64,000 nt of DNA, from assembly GCA_951406725.2 (NCBI GenBank), contig OX597838.1:22878001-22942000 (forward strand). Direction: 5' to 3'. This DNA comes from Octopus vulgaris (lineage: Eukaryota). Both the position numbers and the translations under genes were made by a program. The notes under the pieces were generated by a model that was given only the letters and a program-made list of their open reading frames with translations, was not told where the DNA came from and searched no databases. Positions 1 to 13,938 of this stretch are shown piece after piece (position 1 is the first letter of the stretch; the number at the start of each line of letters is the position of its first letter).

Positions 1-78
1 TATATATACATATATTCATTTATATATGTGTATATAGGTATAGATTACAGATTCTAATTAATAAATGGTATCTAGGTA

Positions 79-112
<34 letters not shown>

Positions 113-362
113 TTAGGATCTTTATAAAATTTTTTCCAAACACAAAGTATTTCAAATTTATTTATTTGTGTATGTATGTTTATATATATATATATGTGTG
201 GATGTACACATACTTGTGTGCGTATGTGTGTCTCTGTATTAGTAAGTGTGTGTCAGTCCCTGTACCCCCCTCTCTCCCTCCGTACACGTGCTAAAAAGCC
301 CGTGTTCATTTATGTGGCGCAGTGCTACAAGGTCTCCACCAGGTTGTGATCAGTTAACGAAC

Positions 363-506
363 ATGGACAGTATCGCCGAGGAGTGTAACTCTCTCAAGAA
401 ATTCTACGATGACTGCTTTAATAAGTGGTTCTCAGAGAAATTCCTTAAAGGAGAAATGGACGAAGCCTGTACCCCGATGTTCAAGGCCTACCAGACGTGT
501 ATCACA
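363..506 (+). CDS. TRIAP1: TRIAP1 coding exon 1
   Basis: ATG at 363, 48 codons, donor ACA|gtatgg. Confidence 0.95.
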
Positions 507-3500
507 GTATGGGGTCTTTTATTTCTTTCTGTTGCAGTCTTCGTTACACTTTTGACGATTTGTTACAGTGTGTGACACTGTTTGTAACTAGAGACATATA
601 TGTGTGTGTATCTTTATGTATCTGTGATTATATGTATGTTCATATATATGTGTGCATGTGTTTGTGTATATAGATGTGTATCTGTGTTTGTATATCGTCC
701 TGTGCATGTGACAGTAATGTTATATATGATCCTATATATGTGTGTCTGGATGCATACATATATGTATTTTTGTATATGTGTCTACGTTATTTGTGCGTGT
801 GACAGTGTAATGTTATATTTTGTGCGTGTGTGTGTATAGCCATGTGTTTTGGTATTTATTTATGTATGTATATTAGTATGTATACATCTATCTTTCTCCC
901 TCCCTGTTCGTTCTATGGTGCTTGTATTGATTACTCTTCCAGTAGGCCGATACCCTTAGGGACTATATTAATACCCGTACTACTAATTGTTACTTAATCC
1001 AAGTCAGCTCTAATCACACAGACAGATATAGCCCTGTGACCAAAAAAGGTGTTCCGATCGTGATCACCTCAGATTTTATTTTGCCTTAATATTTCTAGAT
1101 CTGCATTGTCCAACGTGTCCTTTCTCTATTAAGAAGGATGGAATGTAATTTGAAGGATATTTGGCTGTTATTTCGACCGGATCGAGCAACTATATAGAAA
1201 TAACAGTGGAGATGGTTGTAGGAAAGTGGCGTAACTGTCTGGACGGTAAGCTTTGCTGGGGTGTCACCGTTTTTCCTTTAAATTTGTCGTGTGTGAGGCA
1301 GTTTCACCAAATGAAAAACAAAACTAGCAATCCGTCGGTTGCGACCACGATGGTTCCAGCTGAACCGATCAACGGAATAGCCTGCTCGTGAAATTAACGT
1401 GCAAGTGGCCGACCACTCCACCGGTACGTGTACCCTTTACGTAGTTCTCAGGAAGATTCAGCGTGACACAAAGTGTGACGAGTCTGGCCCTTTGAAATAC
1501 AGGTTCTACTCTTTTTTGCCAGCTGAGTGGATGGACTGGAGCAACGTGAAATGAAGCGTTTTGAGAATCGAACTCGCGACCTTACGATAATGATTCGAAT
1601 ACCGACCACTAAGCTACGTGCCTTTGACTTCATGGTATAGCCAAACACTGCCGTGTTTACTCATAATAATTTCTTTACTTTTCTTCGTATCCGCAATCAG
1701 TTGACTGGTCAGAACTATCTATGGAACTTATAATCATTTAAAATATCCCTATTCACTTACAAACACACAAAAACAAATTCTCCTTAGGTTCCGGGTTCAG
1801 TCCCACTGCAGAGCACCTTGGGCCAGTGTCTTCTACTATAGCACCGGGCCGACCAAAGCCTTGTGAGTGGATTTGGTAGACGGAAACTGAAAGAAGCCCG
1901 TCGTATATATGTATGTATATATGTTTGTGTGTCTGTGTTTGTTCCCCCAACATCGCTTGACAACCGATGCTGGTGTGCTTATGCCCCCGTCATTTAGCGG
2001 TTCGGCATAAGAGACCAATAGAATGAGTACTGGGCTTACAAAGAATAAGTCCCGGGGTCGATTTGATCGATTAAAGGCAGTGCTCCAGCATGGCTGCAGT
2101 CAAATGACCGAAACAAGTAAAAGAGTAAAGGGAGTATATATATATATATTCACACACACATTTAGGCCTTGCGCCTATATGTACTATAGGCACAAGGCTT
2201 GAGAGTTTGTGGGGTGGCAGTACTGTCTTAAGGTATAGGCCTGGGGACCTCATGGATAACTGGGCCTAATTCTGATCAATATATGATATAGGTTGTTGTT
2301 TATTCCTTCTCAAGCCATGCCTGGCTCATAAGGGCTGGTTTCCCGGTTTTATTGGTTTATAGGTTCCCCACCTGGACTGGACACTGGTCCATCACAGGTG
2401 AACTGCTCGATGCAGGAGGAAAGAATGAGAGAAGGTTGTGGCGAAAGAGTCAGCAGAAGTTCGGCATTACCTTCTGCCGGAGCCGTTTAGGTTTTTCGCT
2501 CATAAACACACACATCGCCTGGTCTGAGATTCGAACCCGTGATCTCTCAACCATGAGTCTGCTGCTCTAACCATTAGGCCATGTGCCTCACATCGCCTGG
2601 TCTGAGATTCGAACCCGCAATCTCTCAACCATGAGTCCGCTGCTCTAACCATTAGGCCATGTGCCTCACATCGCCTGGTCTGAGATTCAAACCCGCAATC
2701 TCTCAACCATGAGTCCGCTGCTCTAACCATTAGGCCATGTGCCTCACATCGCCTGGTCTGAGATTCAAACCCGCAATCTCTCAACCATTAGGCCATGTGC
2801 CTCACATCACCTGGTCTGAAATTTGAACCCGCAATCTCTCAACCATGAGTCCGCTGCTCTAACCATTAGGCCATGTGCCTCCGAGCTGTCAATGAATAAA
2901 TTCTAGCAGTTCCCCAGTACATTGATTTGCCCAACAACTATAATACTCAGATTGTAAACACAGACGAAATGCCACTAAGCATTTTGCCTGGTATTCTAAT
3001 GATTCTCTCAGCTCAACAACTTAATCTAGCTCATACCAATATTAAGATGTCAAGGTTGCACGAGGCTCCAATCTGATCTGATAAGGTTTCTACAGCTGGA
3101 TGCCCTTCCTAATGCCAACCACTCAGTCTAGTGGGTGCTTTTTACGTGCCACCGGCAAGGGAGCCAGTCAGAAGACACTGGTATTGACCACGTTCTGGTG
3201 GTGCTTTTTACATGCCATCAGCACTGGAGCCAGTCAGGGAGGCACTAGCATCGACCCATGCTCGAATATTGCTTATTACATTCCACCATATATATATAAC
3301 AATTTAACAAATAAAACATATGCATACATATATGTACATACCTACATCTATATGTATATATACATGCATATATATTTATATATATATATATATATATATG
3401 GGTACAGGACACCACAAATAAACGTAGAACACAACGAGAAACGAAAACATAAAAACAAACAAGGAAACGAACTTTTTTTAACAACGATAAAACAGACCAC

Positions 3501-4237
3501 AAGACAAACAATACAAGGAATATTCCCCTTCATCAGCTGCCCCTGGTTCGACTCAATGCGTGTTTCGAATATATATATATACATATGATGGGCTTCTTTC
3601 AGTTTCTTATTTCTTTATTGCCCACAAGGGGCTAAACATAGAAGGGACAAACAAGGACAGACAAAAGGATTAAGTCGATTGCATTGACCCCAGTGCATAA
3701 CTGGTGCTTTATTGATCCCGAAAGGATGAAAGGCAAAGTCGACCTCGGCGGAATTTGAACTCAGAATATAAAAACAGACGAAATACCACCAAGCATTTCA
3801 CCTGGCATGCTAACATTTCTGCCTGCTCGCCACCATTTTTGTCTACCAAATCCACTCACAAGACTTTGGTCAGCCCAAGGCTATAGAAGAAGACATTTGC
3901 CCAAGATGCCACACAGTGGGACTGAACCCAGAACCATATCATTGGGAAGCAAATTTCTTACCATGGAGCTACACCTGCACCTAATTGGTGATTTTAGTTC
4001 CCAAAAAAATTTTTTGCAGTCGATTAAAGGCTTAAAACATTTTATTTACATATTTAATCACCACTTTTTGTTTTATTTAGATTTTGTTGACCCAAAAAAA
4101 AAAACTTTGTCTCTCATTTTCTCTTTCTTCTCTCTCTGCAGAAAGCCATCAAAGACAGAAAAATTGATATTGGTGAATTACAACAGGATGTTCTCGGAAC
4201 TGAAAAAGAGAAACCCCCACCCCCACGCCGTGGATGA
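363..4237 (+). CDS. TRIAP1: TRIAP1/Mdm35 mitochondrial intermembrane-space twin CX9C protein, 79 aa; join(363..506,4142..4237)
   Basis: Spliced translation [48 protein letters not shown]|[31 protein letters not shown]. Two CX9C motifs and the family signature CFNxWFxEKFLKG. Phase-0 intron with GT at 507 and a polypyrimidine tract ending CAG at 4141. Confidence 0.96.
2511..2882 (-). repeat. Tandem array of five tRNA-like SINE heads, 78-bp unit
   Basis: Units start at 2511, 2589, 2667, 2745 and 2803; the fourth lacks 20 bp between two AACCAT microhomologies. Confidence 0.9.
4142..4237 (+). CDS. TRIAP1: TRIAP1 coding exon 2
   Basis: Acceptor ctctctctgcag|AAAGCCATC encoding KAIKD...; TGA at 4235-4237. 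Confidence 0.93.
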   Translation, partial: KAIKDRKIDIGELQQDVLGTEKEKPPPPRRG

Positions 4238-5160
4238 CCAGAAGAAAAGAATTCCTGAAAAGCAGAACATTTTTTTCTAACAAGCAAAGTTGATATCATT
4301 ATTACTATTATTATTATTATTATTATAATTATGCTGTTCTGATGCATAACAGAATCAGTTGTGAACAAGAGAGAATGTCCACTGGTTGTTCCAACCGTTT
4401 ATGTTCTGTGTTCAAAACCCACCAAGGTCAAATTTGCCTGTCATCCCTCCAGGGTTGACAAAATAAAGTACCAGTCAAGTACTCTGAGGTTGTTGGAATC
4501 GACCAACCACGTCCCCTCAAAATTGCTGGCCTTGTGCCTAAACCAGAAACAATCATCATCATCATCATCATCACCATCACCATTATCATTATTATTATTA
4601 TTATTATCCCGCCTAGGTCAACTTTGCCTTTCATCCTTTTGGGGTCAATAAATCATGTACCAGTGAAACACTGGGGTCAATGCAATCAAATAGTCACCTC
4701 CCCCAAAATTTCAGGCCTTGTGCCTATAGCAGAAAGGATTATCATTATTATTATTATTATTATTATCCCACCTAGGTCAACTTTGCCTTTCATCCTTTCG
4801 GGGTCAGTAAATTAAGTACCAGTGAAACACTGGGGGTCGATGTAATTGACTGGTCTCCTCCCCCAAAATTTCAGGCCTTGTGCCTTTAGTAGAAAGGATT
4901 ATTATTATTATTATTATTATTATTTATTGTCGTTGTTGTGTAAAGCAGCAAGCTAGCAAAATCATTAGATCATTGGATAAAATGCTTAGCGCTAGTCCCT
5001 CTGACTCGTTATATTCCAAGTTCAAATTCCACTGAGGTCGACTTTGTTCTTCATCCTTTTGGGGTCAATGAAATTAGTACCAGTTACACCCTGGAGTTAA
5101 TGAAATCGACTAGTCCCTCGCCCTCAAAATTTCAGGCCTTGTGCCTTTAGCAGGAAAAGG

Positions 5161-5198
<38 letters not shown>

Positions 5199-5529
5199 GG
5201 TGGTGTGCTGGCAGAATCGTTAGCACACCAGGCAAAATGCTTAGAAGCATTTCATTCATCCTTATGTTCTGAGTTCAAATTCCGCTGAAGTCGACTTTGC
5301 CTTTCATCCTTTTGGGGTTTGATAAAATAAGTACCAGTTGAACACTGGAGATTTGGGGTCGATGTAATCGATTCATCCCCCTTCACCAAAATTGCTGCCC
5401 CTGTGGCAAAATTTGAAACTATTATTATGAAAGTGGAAATAGGTGATAGAATTTTTTTTTTTTTTTTACCTGTAGTTTCAGCTCAGAGCTGCAGCCATGT
5501 TGATGTACCGCTCTTTTGCTACACTTTTA

Positions 5530-5830
5530 TTACTGAGAGCCTCCTCCAATATGTGGCACTTGGTGAAGAATGGAGTTTGATATAGCTACCCTCATTTGCA
5601 CCTCTTGCCGTGATGTAAGTTCATCTGGGACTCTCGACAGGAAGAGGTCCAGCTTTGATTTAACAACCTCTACATCTACTTTGTGCAGGTTCCTCAGGCT
5701 CTTTGGGATAATATTAAAAAGCTGTGGGGCCCTTGAAACCCAGGCTGTTGCAGTAACTGGTCCTGAAGCGCGATGGCGTTGCTGGGATCTTTGGCACTAT
5801 GCAGTGTCGTCCCGTTCTGGCATTGGTAAA
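5530..5830 (-). mobile_element. CR1/L2-group LINE 3' fragment
   Basis: RAPQLFNIIPKSLRNLHKVDVEVVKSKLDLFLSRVPDE...SNSILHQ. Confidence 0.68.
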
Positions 5831-7862
5831 AAATTCTTTGCGGTATTTAGTATAGTAAATTCAAATATTGCTTTCTTTGTCCATCCTACTTTGATGAAAT
5901 AAATAGCAGATGTCTATTAGTGGCCATCACCACCAAACAGAGAAAAAGTGATGCTTCATAGTGCCTGATAAAAATCCTAGTACTTATTCTATTGGTCCCT
6001 TTTGCTGAACCGCTAAGTTACGGGGACGTAAACACACCAGCATCAGTTGTCAAGCGGTGTTGGGGGGGTCCAAACACAGACACGCAAGCATACACATATA
6101 TATACGACGGGCTTCTTTCAGTTTCTGTCTACCAAATCCACTCACAAGCTTTTTGGTTGGCCCGAGGCTATAGTAGAAGACACCTGCCTAAGGTGCCACG
6201 CAGTGGGTCTGAACCCGGAACCATGTGCTTCGTCAGCAAGCTACTTACCGCATAGCCACTCCTATGCAGCACAAATCTATTTTATCTTCAAACTGGCCAG
6301 ATCTGGCCTCTGCCATCTGTCCTATAATGTCGTTCTAAAAATAAGCAATCACATTATCAAAATCTCAAAGCTACAAGAGAATGCCTGACAAGTTTTTAAA
6401 AAATTTTAATAAATAAGCATTGCATTTGACTATAATCTGGAAGCTAAAGGGGCTAATGTAGTTCTCAGGGAGATTCGGTATGACACAGAATGGGACGAGG
6501 CTGGGCCCCTTTTGAATTACTGGTACTACTCATTTTTGCCAGCTGAGTGAACTGGAGCAACTTGAAATAAAGTGTCTTGCTCAAGGACACAAAGCGTCGC
6601 CAGGAATTGAACTCACAACCTTGTGATCATGAGCTGAATGCCGTAATTACTAAGTCATCTGCAGACTGCAGTAATCAGTTAAAGAGAAATCAATTGAAGT
6701 ATTTATTCTTTCTGTGCAGCCCGGTACTAAATGAGCCCTGGCTCAGTGGTCGGGGGCTCCTGAGCAAGAGGTCGTTGTTGATGGCAGTTCTGTGTCGCAG
6801 CTCCATTAATTCTTGGTCATTGGAAAGAGTCATCTTCTTTCCCCCTTTTATAATCATCATCATCATCATCATAATGAAATGAGACAATTAGGTGCTGATG
6901 ACCAAAGCCTGGCTCACATTCAGCCTTTTTTTTTTTTTATGTGCTAGAGGTAAACACACATACAGAAATATACAAATGGAGTGAGCGAGAGAGAGACTAT
7001 ATATATATATATATAACCATAATTAGATGCTTACACATATAAACAAAGACACACTGTTTTACTCTTTTATTTGTTTCAGTCATTTGACTGCGACCATGCT
7101 GGAGCACCACCTTTAATCGAGCAACTCGACCCCGGGACTTATTCTTTGTAAGCCCAGTACTTATTCTACCGATCTCTTTTGCCGAACCGCTAAGTGACGG
7201 GGACATAAGCACACCAGCATCGGTTGTCAAGCAATGATAGGGGGACAAACACAAACACACGCACACATATATATACATATATACGACGGGCTTCTTTCAG
7301 TTTCCGTCTACCAAATCCACTCACAAGGCTTTGGTCGGCCCGGGGCTATAGCAGAAGACACTTGCCCAAGATGCCACGCAGCGGGACTGAACCCGGAACC
7401 ATGTGGTTGGTAAGCAAGCTACTTACCACACAGCCACTCCTGCACCTTAATTTATTAAATGAACACAACTGACGAACGGTTACCTATGCTCACATACACA
7501 GAAGCAGAGATTGACATTATAATTTATTAATTGGACACGACTGACATTTTCCCTTTCCTCATACGCACAAAGAGAAATATACTCACAGGTAGACATAGAA
7601 CGAGAGAAGTATTCAAATGTTTGATATGAAATCAATGAACATCGAATCAGTCGTGCCGAATAAATGGCACCAAAATGCCTCCTCCCACCTTCATAATAAT
7701 GGTTACTGTATTAAAATATTCTTCAATGCTCATTCCTCCTTCCTGAAATCTCTTTGACTGTCTGCAGGGACATTTATATGTGTTTTTGTTGTAAATAAAC
7801 AATTATTTGGATTCTTTTCTTCCTCTGTTTGGCTTCCATTTTTTTCTATATCACCTTTTATC

Positions 7863-8090
7863 GGCGAGCTGGCAGAAACGTTAGCATGCCGGGTGAAATG
7901 CTGAGCGGTATTTCGTCTGTCTTTACGTTCTGAGTTCAAATTCTGCTGAGGTCGACTTTGCCTTTCATCCTTTCGGAGTCGATAAATAAAGTACCAGTTT
8001 CGCACTGGAGTCGATGTAATCGACTTAATCCCTTGGTCTGTCCTTGTTTGTCCCCTCTATGTTTAGCCCCTTGTGGGTAGTAAAGAAATA
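7863..8090 (+). mobile_element. tRNA-derived SINE family B, full-length copy with target-site duplication
   Basis: Head GGCGAGCTGGCAGAA...GAGTTCAAATTC, central GCCTTTCATCCTTTCGGRGTCGATAAA..AGTACCAG block (resembles the MetaSINE domain, from memory), tail TAAAGAAATA. TSD TATCACCTTTTATC at 7849-62 and 8093-8106. Many other copies, e.g. 3605-3835, 4400-5430, 16250-16470, 17430-17650, 17810-18360, 33365-33562, 46660-46872. Confidence 0.88.
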
Positions 8091-8341
8091 TCTATCACCT
8101 TTTATCATCATCATCATCATTGTTGTTTGACGTCCATTTTCCATGCTGGCATGGGTTAGACAGTTTGACTGAGAACTGGTAAGCCAGGGAGCTGCGCCAG
8201 GTTCCAATCCGATTTGGTAGTGTTTCTACAGCTGGATGCTCTTCCTAACGCCAACCACTCAGAGTATAGTGGGTGCTTTTTACATGCCAGCGGTATGAGT
8301 ACCATTGATGCGACACTAGTATCAGACATGACCATGATCTC

Positions 8342-8975
8342 ACTTGGCTCGATAGATCTGCACAGGGACAGTATATCACCAAGGGTTTTGGTCACCCGTC
8401 ACTCCCACAATGTGGCCCATCACTCGAATCGTGCCTTTTACATGCCACTCACACAACAACTATGATTTCACTTGGCTCGACAGGGATGGTATATCACCAA
8501 GGGTCTTGGTCACCTGTCACTGCCACCATGTAGCCCATCACTCGAATCGTGCCTTTTACATGCCACTCACACAACGACTATGATCTTACTTGGCTCGACA
8601 GGTTTGCACAGGGACGGTATATCACCAAGGGTCTTGGTCACCCGTCACTCCCACAATGTGGCCCATCACTCGAATCGTGCCTTTTACATGCCACTCACAC
8701 AACAACTATGATTTCACTTGGCTCGACAGGGATGGTATATCACCAAGGGTCTTGGTCACCTGTCACTGCCACCATGTAGCCCATCACTCGAATCGTGCCT
8801 TTTACATGCCACTCACACAACGACTATGATCTTACTTGGCTCGACAGGTTTGTACAGGGACGGTATATCACCAAGGGTCTTGGTCACCCGTCACTCCCAT
8901 AATGTGGCCCATCACTCGATCGTGCCTTTTACATGCCACTCACACAACGACTATGATTTCACTTGGTTTGACAGG
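8342..8975. repeat. Higher-order minisatellite with alternating 128/118-bp subunits (246-bp period)
   Basis: ACTTGG(C/T)T recurs at 8342, 8470, 8588, 8716, 8834 and 8961. Confidence 0.9.
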
Positions 8976-10602
8976 TCTTCTGAAGTACAACATATCACCC
9001 ACCGTTTTATGCACCAGTTCCACAACACTGACATCAGCCACGACTAGAATCTCACTTAATTTGAGATGGTTTATTCACTCAAGCTACCATTCTTGCTGTA
9101 TAGCCTTCGGTTAGCTTTGAACCAGCAGACCCATGATGATCAAGGGCATTCCAGCCATGACCATTCTTACTTTATTTCATGTGCATGGAATCCAGTACCA
9201 TATTATCACCGTGTACTTTTCTTAGACACTAAAGTATGGCTTGAGGGAGACTTTGGTTGCTATTTCTAGTAAATTATGTGACCAGGTAGAGTCTTCTTTG
9301 TTGGCCTGGTTTGAAAGACAAGCTACAAGGCAGTTCTTACTGGTTTTAGAGTTGGATACTAACCAATCCTTTACATGGTCACTTAACATGCTAAAAACAG
9401 CAGCCAAATCTCCATCGAAGAACATACCAGCATCTTAGGTAAGGACTCAGTTTACTCATTCTTATCTCTCACTTCAAAAACAAACAAAAAAAAAGGCAGG
9501 ATGGTCACTATAAGAATGCTTTTAATCAAAGATCTACTTGACCTGTGGTTAACAGCCATTCAGTCATATAGGAGAGAGAAGGGAGGTAACTACATCTATC
9601 CTCGTTGATCGGGGTAAACACGTAACAGTGGAAGCTTCACTGCTGTGAGCTATGAGTTTGGTCTCAATAAATCTACCATTCATACCAATATGAAGGCACC
9701 TGATCCTAATAAATGACACAGATAAATGCATTCATATTATTTACATTTGACGCATATTTGTCCTTATCTTGTTTGTTGTTAACACACCGTTTCGGTTGAT
9801 GAAGGCTGGAGGGTGTATCAGCCGAAACGTTGTGTTAACAACAAACAAGATGAGGATAGATATCCATCAAATGTACATAATTCCTCATCTCTTAAATATA
9901 GAAGTGTATTCATCATCATCATTTAATGTCTATTGTCCATGCTGGTATAGGTTGGACGGTGTGACCAGAGCTTGCAAGTTGGGGTGTCTGCACCAGACTC
10001 CAGTTGGATTCGGCATGGTTTCTATGGGTGGATGCCCTTCCTAATGCCAACCACTCTACAGAGCATGTTCTTCTTGTCTTGTCTTGAGACAGCATTCACC
10101 CGGGATGGGTTGAGCTGGTTTCATTCCTTGTTCGCTTTCCAGACATTTGTACATTACTGCATATGCTTTACATGCACTTTTGACAAGCTGTGGTGCACCT
10201 GAGCACTGTATACAATAATTTCGTTATTAAATAAATTTGAAATCAATAACAATAATAAGACACGAGATGGTCAAAATAGTAGTGTATTGTACTGAACACT
10301 TTTACAGAATTGATATTTCATCAGTTTTAGTCAACAGTTCAAATCCCACCGCAGTATATAAATTTTTTTTTTCTTTTCATTTTGCCAGTGGAAGGTAGCT
10401 TCACAATTTATATACCAGTAATATACAAGAGCCAGCTTCAATCAAAAAAAAAAAAAAGATCGGCCTAATGCCTAATCAAAATAAAGCGGAATTATAATAA
10501 TAATAATCATTATTTGCAGGGTGGCGGTACCATAGCCAATGAGGGTTATCCGAGGTATGGCTATTGCTAGATGTAAATTATTATTATTATTATTATTATT
10601 AT

Positions 10603-10812
10603 TCAGTAGTCTCGTTTTTTTATCACGTGTTTCCACAGCACTAGTGAGCGCAGCTCTGGTTGCCTTGGATTGGATTTGTGCTGTGGTGTTGTTATTTTCA
10701 CTGTACTGAAAGTGCTTTACGTAAGATGTGTAGGGTACCTAGTAGTGTTATTTTCTGTATGTTATTTATATTCGTAAGTAGTGGTGTTTCGGTTATGTAT
10801 TTGTCTTCATCG
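10603..10812 (-). mobile_element. R4/Dong-like non-LTR 3' end inserted in (TAA)n
   Basis: NIQKITLLGTLHILRKALSV is the RLE-clade C-terminal motif; (TAA)n on both sides. Confidence 0.7.
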
Positions 10813-13276
10813 TTATTATTATTATTAAGTGATGGAGAGGTGAAAATAGTAAAGCACCAGACCAAACATACTGCAATATTTGGGTAAAACCCTCACAAAC
10901 CACTACCACCACCATAACCACCGATTTCTTTGCGAGTTCAAATCCTGCCAGGTCAAACTTAAAACTTTCGTTATCCCACCAGAATTTTGATGAATGCAAG
11001 CACATTGATAAGAGACAGAATCAAATAGGGGGTAATTAATTCCTTGTTCCCTTCGAATTTAGTCTTGAGGCAAAAGTAAGGAAGCATAGTTATTGGGGTC
11101 ATTTGTGAAAACAAAAAGGCTAGCACTCAATTGTGGCAAAAGTGGTTAGCATTAATGGATCTACTCTAAGTATGCACCAGTAGATTTGAGAACAATAGTT
11201 GGGTAAGGGCTTGTGCCCTAAGGGGTCAGGATGATTGTGGATCTGTTCCTTAATAGGCTCTGGTTGGAAGCTCTCCTGAATCAGGGGGACTACATCATAG
11301 ATATGTTTACATATTTGGCATACTATATATATGTATATATATTCTTCTCTTTTATTTGTTTCAGCCATTTTGACTGTGGCCATGTTGGAGCACTGCCTTT
11401 AGTCGAATAAATCAACCCCAGGACTTATTCTTTGTAAGCCTAGTACTTATTCTATCAGACTTTTTTGCTGAACCTCTAAGTTACAGGGACGTAAACACAC
11501 CAACATCAGTTGTCAAGTGATGGTGGGGGGACAAACACAGACACACATACATATATACGACGGGCTTCTTTCAGTTTCCAGCTACCGAATCCACTCGCAA
11601 GGCTTTGGTCGGCCTGAGGCTATAGTAGAAGACACTTGCCACGCAGTGGGACTGAACCCAGAACCATGTGGTTGGGAAGCAAGCTACACATAAATATATT
11701 ATTTCATTTCCTCCTCTCCTCTTTTTTCTTACACTCATCTTTTACATAAACACCACAACAAACTGTAAATTGTCCCTGTAACGTCTCCTTCATCTTATGC
11801 CCATGTGGCAAATAAATTAAATCATTATCATTATTATTAATTTATAATTATTATTATTATTATTATTATTGATGTATGGATGATGCATATTAGCCTTTCC
11901 GGAACACACAAAGGATCTTTAACTTCACTTAAACATCCATTATTCGTAAAACAGTCAACATTCTTCATCGGAGTGGCTGTGTGGTAAGTAGCTTGTTTAC
12001 CAACTACATGGTTCCGGGTTCAGTCCCACTGCGTGGCACCTCGGGCGAGTGTCTTCTACTATAGCCTCGGGCCGACCAAAGCCTTGTGAGTGGATTTGGT
12101 AGATAGAAACTGAAAGAAGCCCATCGTATATATGTATATATATATATATGCGTGTGTGCATGTATGTTTGTGTGTCTGTGTTTGTCCCCCTAGCATTGTT
12201 TGACAACCGATGCTGGTGTGTTTATGTCCCCGTAACTTAGCGGTTTGGCAAAAGATACCGATAGAATAAGTACTGGGCTTACAAAAGAATAAGTCCCAGG
12301 GTCGAGTTGCTCGATTAAAGGTGGTGCTCTAGCATGGCCGCAGTCAAATGACTGAAACAAGTAAAAGAGTAAAAGCGTAAAAGGGACAGAAACATAGCAG
12401 TTTCTTGCAATAAATGTTTCTAGATCAAAACGTTTTTATGGGCCCTTAAAATACTACTGCACACATAATTTACTATTTTGCTTATGTGGACCCCAACTGA
12501 GAACAACTAGTGTAGAGGGTCTGTATAACAACCCACATCCAGTGGACTAAGATGTAAAAAAGAGAGAGAGAACATAATCAGCAGGAGTTGCAAAGAAACA
12601 GATAAAGGCAATAAGGTGCCAAGGGGGCCACACAAGGCACAAGGTGAGTAAAAGAGGGTGATTACATAGGAGGGAGTTAAGGAGACTATTATTATCATTA
12701 TTATTATTATTATTATTATTGAGTGAGAGAGCAGTGCATGCCATCATAGTGACACTGGGGTAAAATATACGAAACCCAGTATACCCATCATGACTACCCG
12801 TCTGATAAGGGTACACTAGGCACATGCATCACAGCCATATGTGTGCAACATGGTGATCTCATATCAAGATAAACAGCACGTGACCTTCCAGGTGGGGCCC
12901 AGTTAGAATTTTCTTCTGCTCGAGTAGCCCATCCCGCTCAAAAGGTCCCTGAATAAGGGTTGTTTAAGGATGTTGAACGAAACACCCATGTTTCCAAAGG
13001 TGAATTATCCAAACCTCTAAAAATTCCTTTCAACACACAGCTATGATGCGCCCCCACTACTTCTGTTCATGGTCAGAGATGCACATATCGTCAGCCACTA
13101 ACAGACATGCTCAACTGGTCAAGATCAAGCAATTGACAAGCAAATCTGTGGTACTGAGCAGAATATTTGCTGTAGTCCATCTTTTATACCAAGACAAAAC
13201 AATGTACATGATAACACTTCCAATCAGTTAAGATCAGAAGCCACGAGAGCCACTGCCTGGTACTGCATCAGGGCAT

Positions 13277-13308
<32 letters not shown>

Positions 13309-13533
13309 GTCATCATTATCAAGTCGATTAAATCACACTCTCGCTTTTCCCCAGCTATTTCACTGGTAATTATTTATCAAGTGGTACAATTAACTTAATC
13401 AATTTTAATTGATGGCAGTCTTTCCCACCCACACCATGAATATATTTGGCATTGTGTTTACTCAAGAAGTCATGGAGTTCATTCTTTCTCACCAAACTTT
13501 GTACACAGTATATATATACATACACACACACAG

Positions 13534-13576
<43 letters not shown>

Positions 13577-13938
13577 TATACACAAATATATATATGTATG
13601 TATATTATATATTATATACATATATACCTACAAATATATATATATGTATACACGAATATATATAAAAAAATATATATATATATACACATACACATACACA
13701 CACAGCTAACATGACCTCTTGCAAAAGTTCTTCACCACCCCACTAGCAAAATAACTCGGTAAACTTCTAGAAAGACTCTAAATTTTGGTGGTGGTCACAG
13801 GTTCAATTTCAGTCTCTTGTTATCGCATACTTCCTTTTTGTTTGTTGTTGATGGAGGTGGTGGTGGTGATGGTGATGGTGGTGGTGTGTGTGTGTGTGTG
13901 TGCTTGTGTTTCTTTTTTCTTTTTTTTTTCTCATTATC

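Noticed and set aside
246-575. 109-aa ORF as the TRIAP1 product
   Set aside because: It starts at a non-ATG codon and reads through the donor at 507. The real CDS starts at ATG 363 and splices to 4142.
3515-3572. Possible type II hammerhead on minus (GAAAC...GTC...CTGATGA)
   Set aside because: Stem I and stem II do not pair in the required register; at most a decayed PLE terminus.
7224-7472. Recurrent ORF family [29 protein letters not shown]
   Set aside because: This is the antisense translation of SINE A; frames and stops are not conserved among copies.
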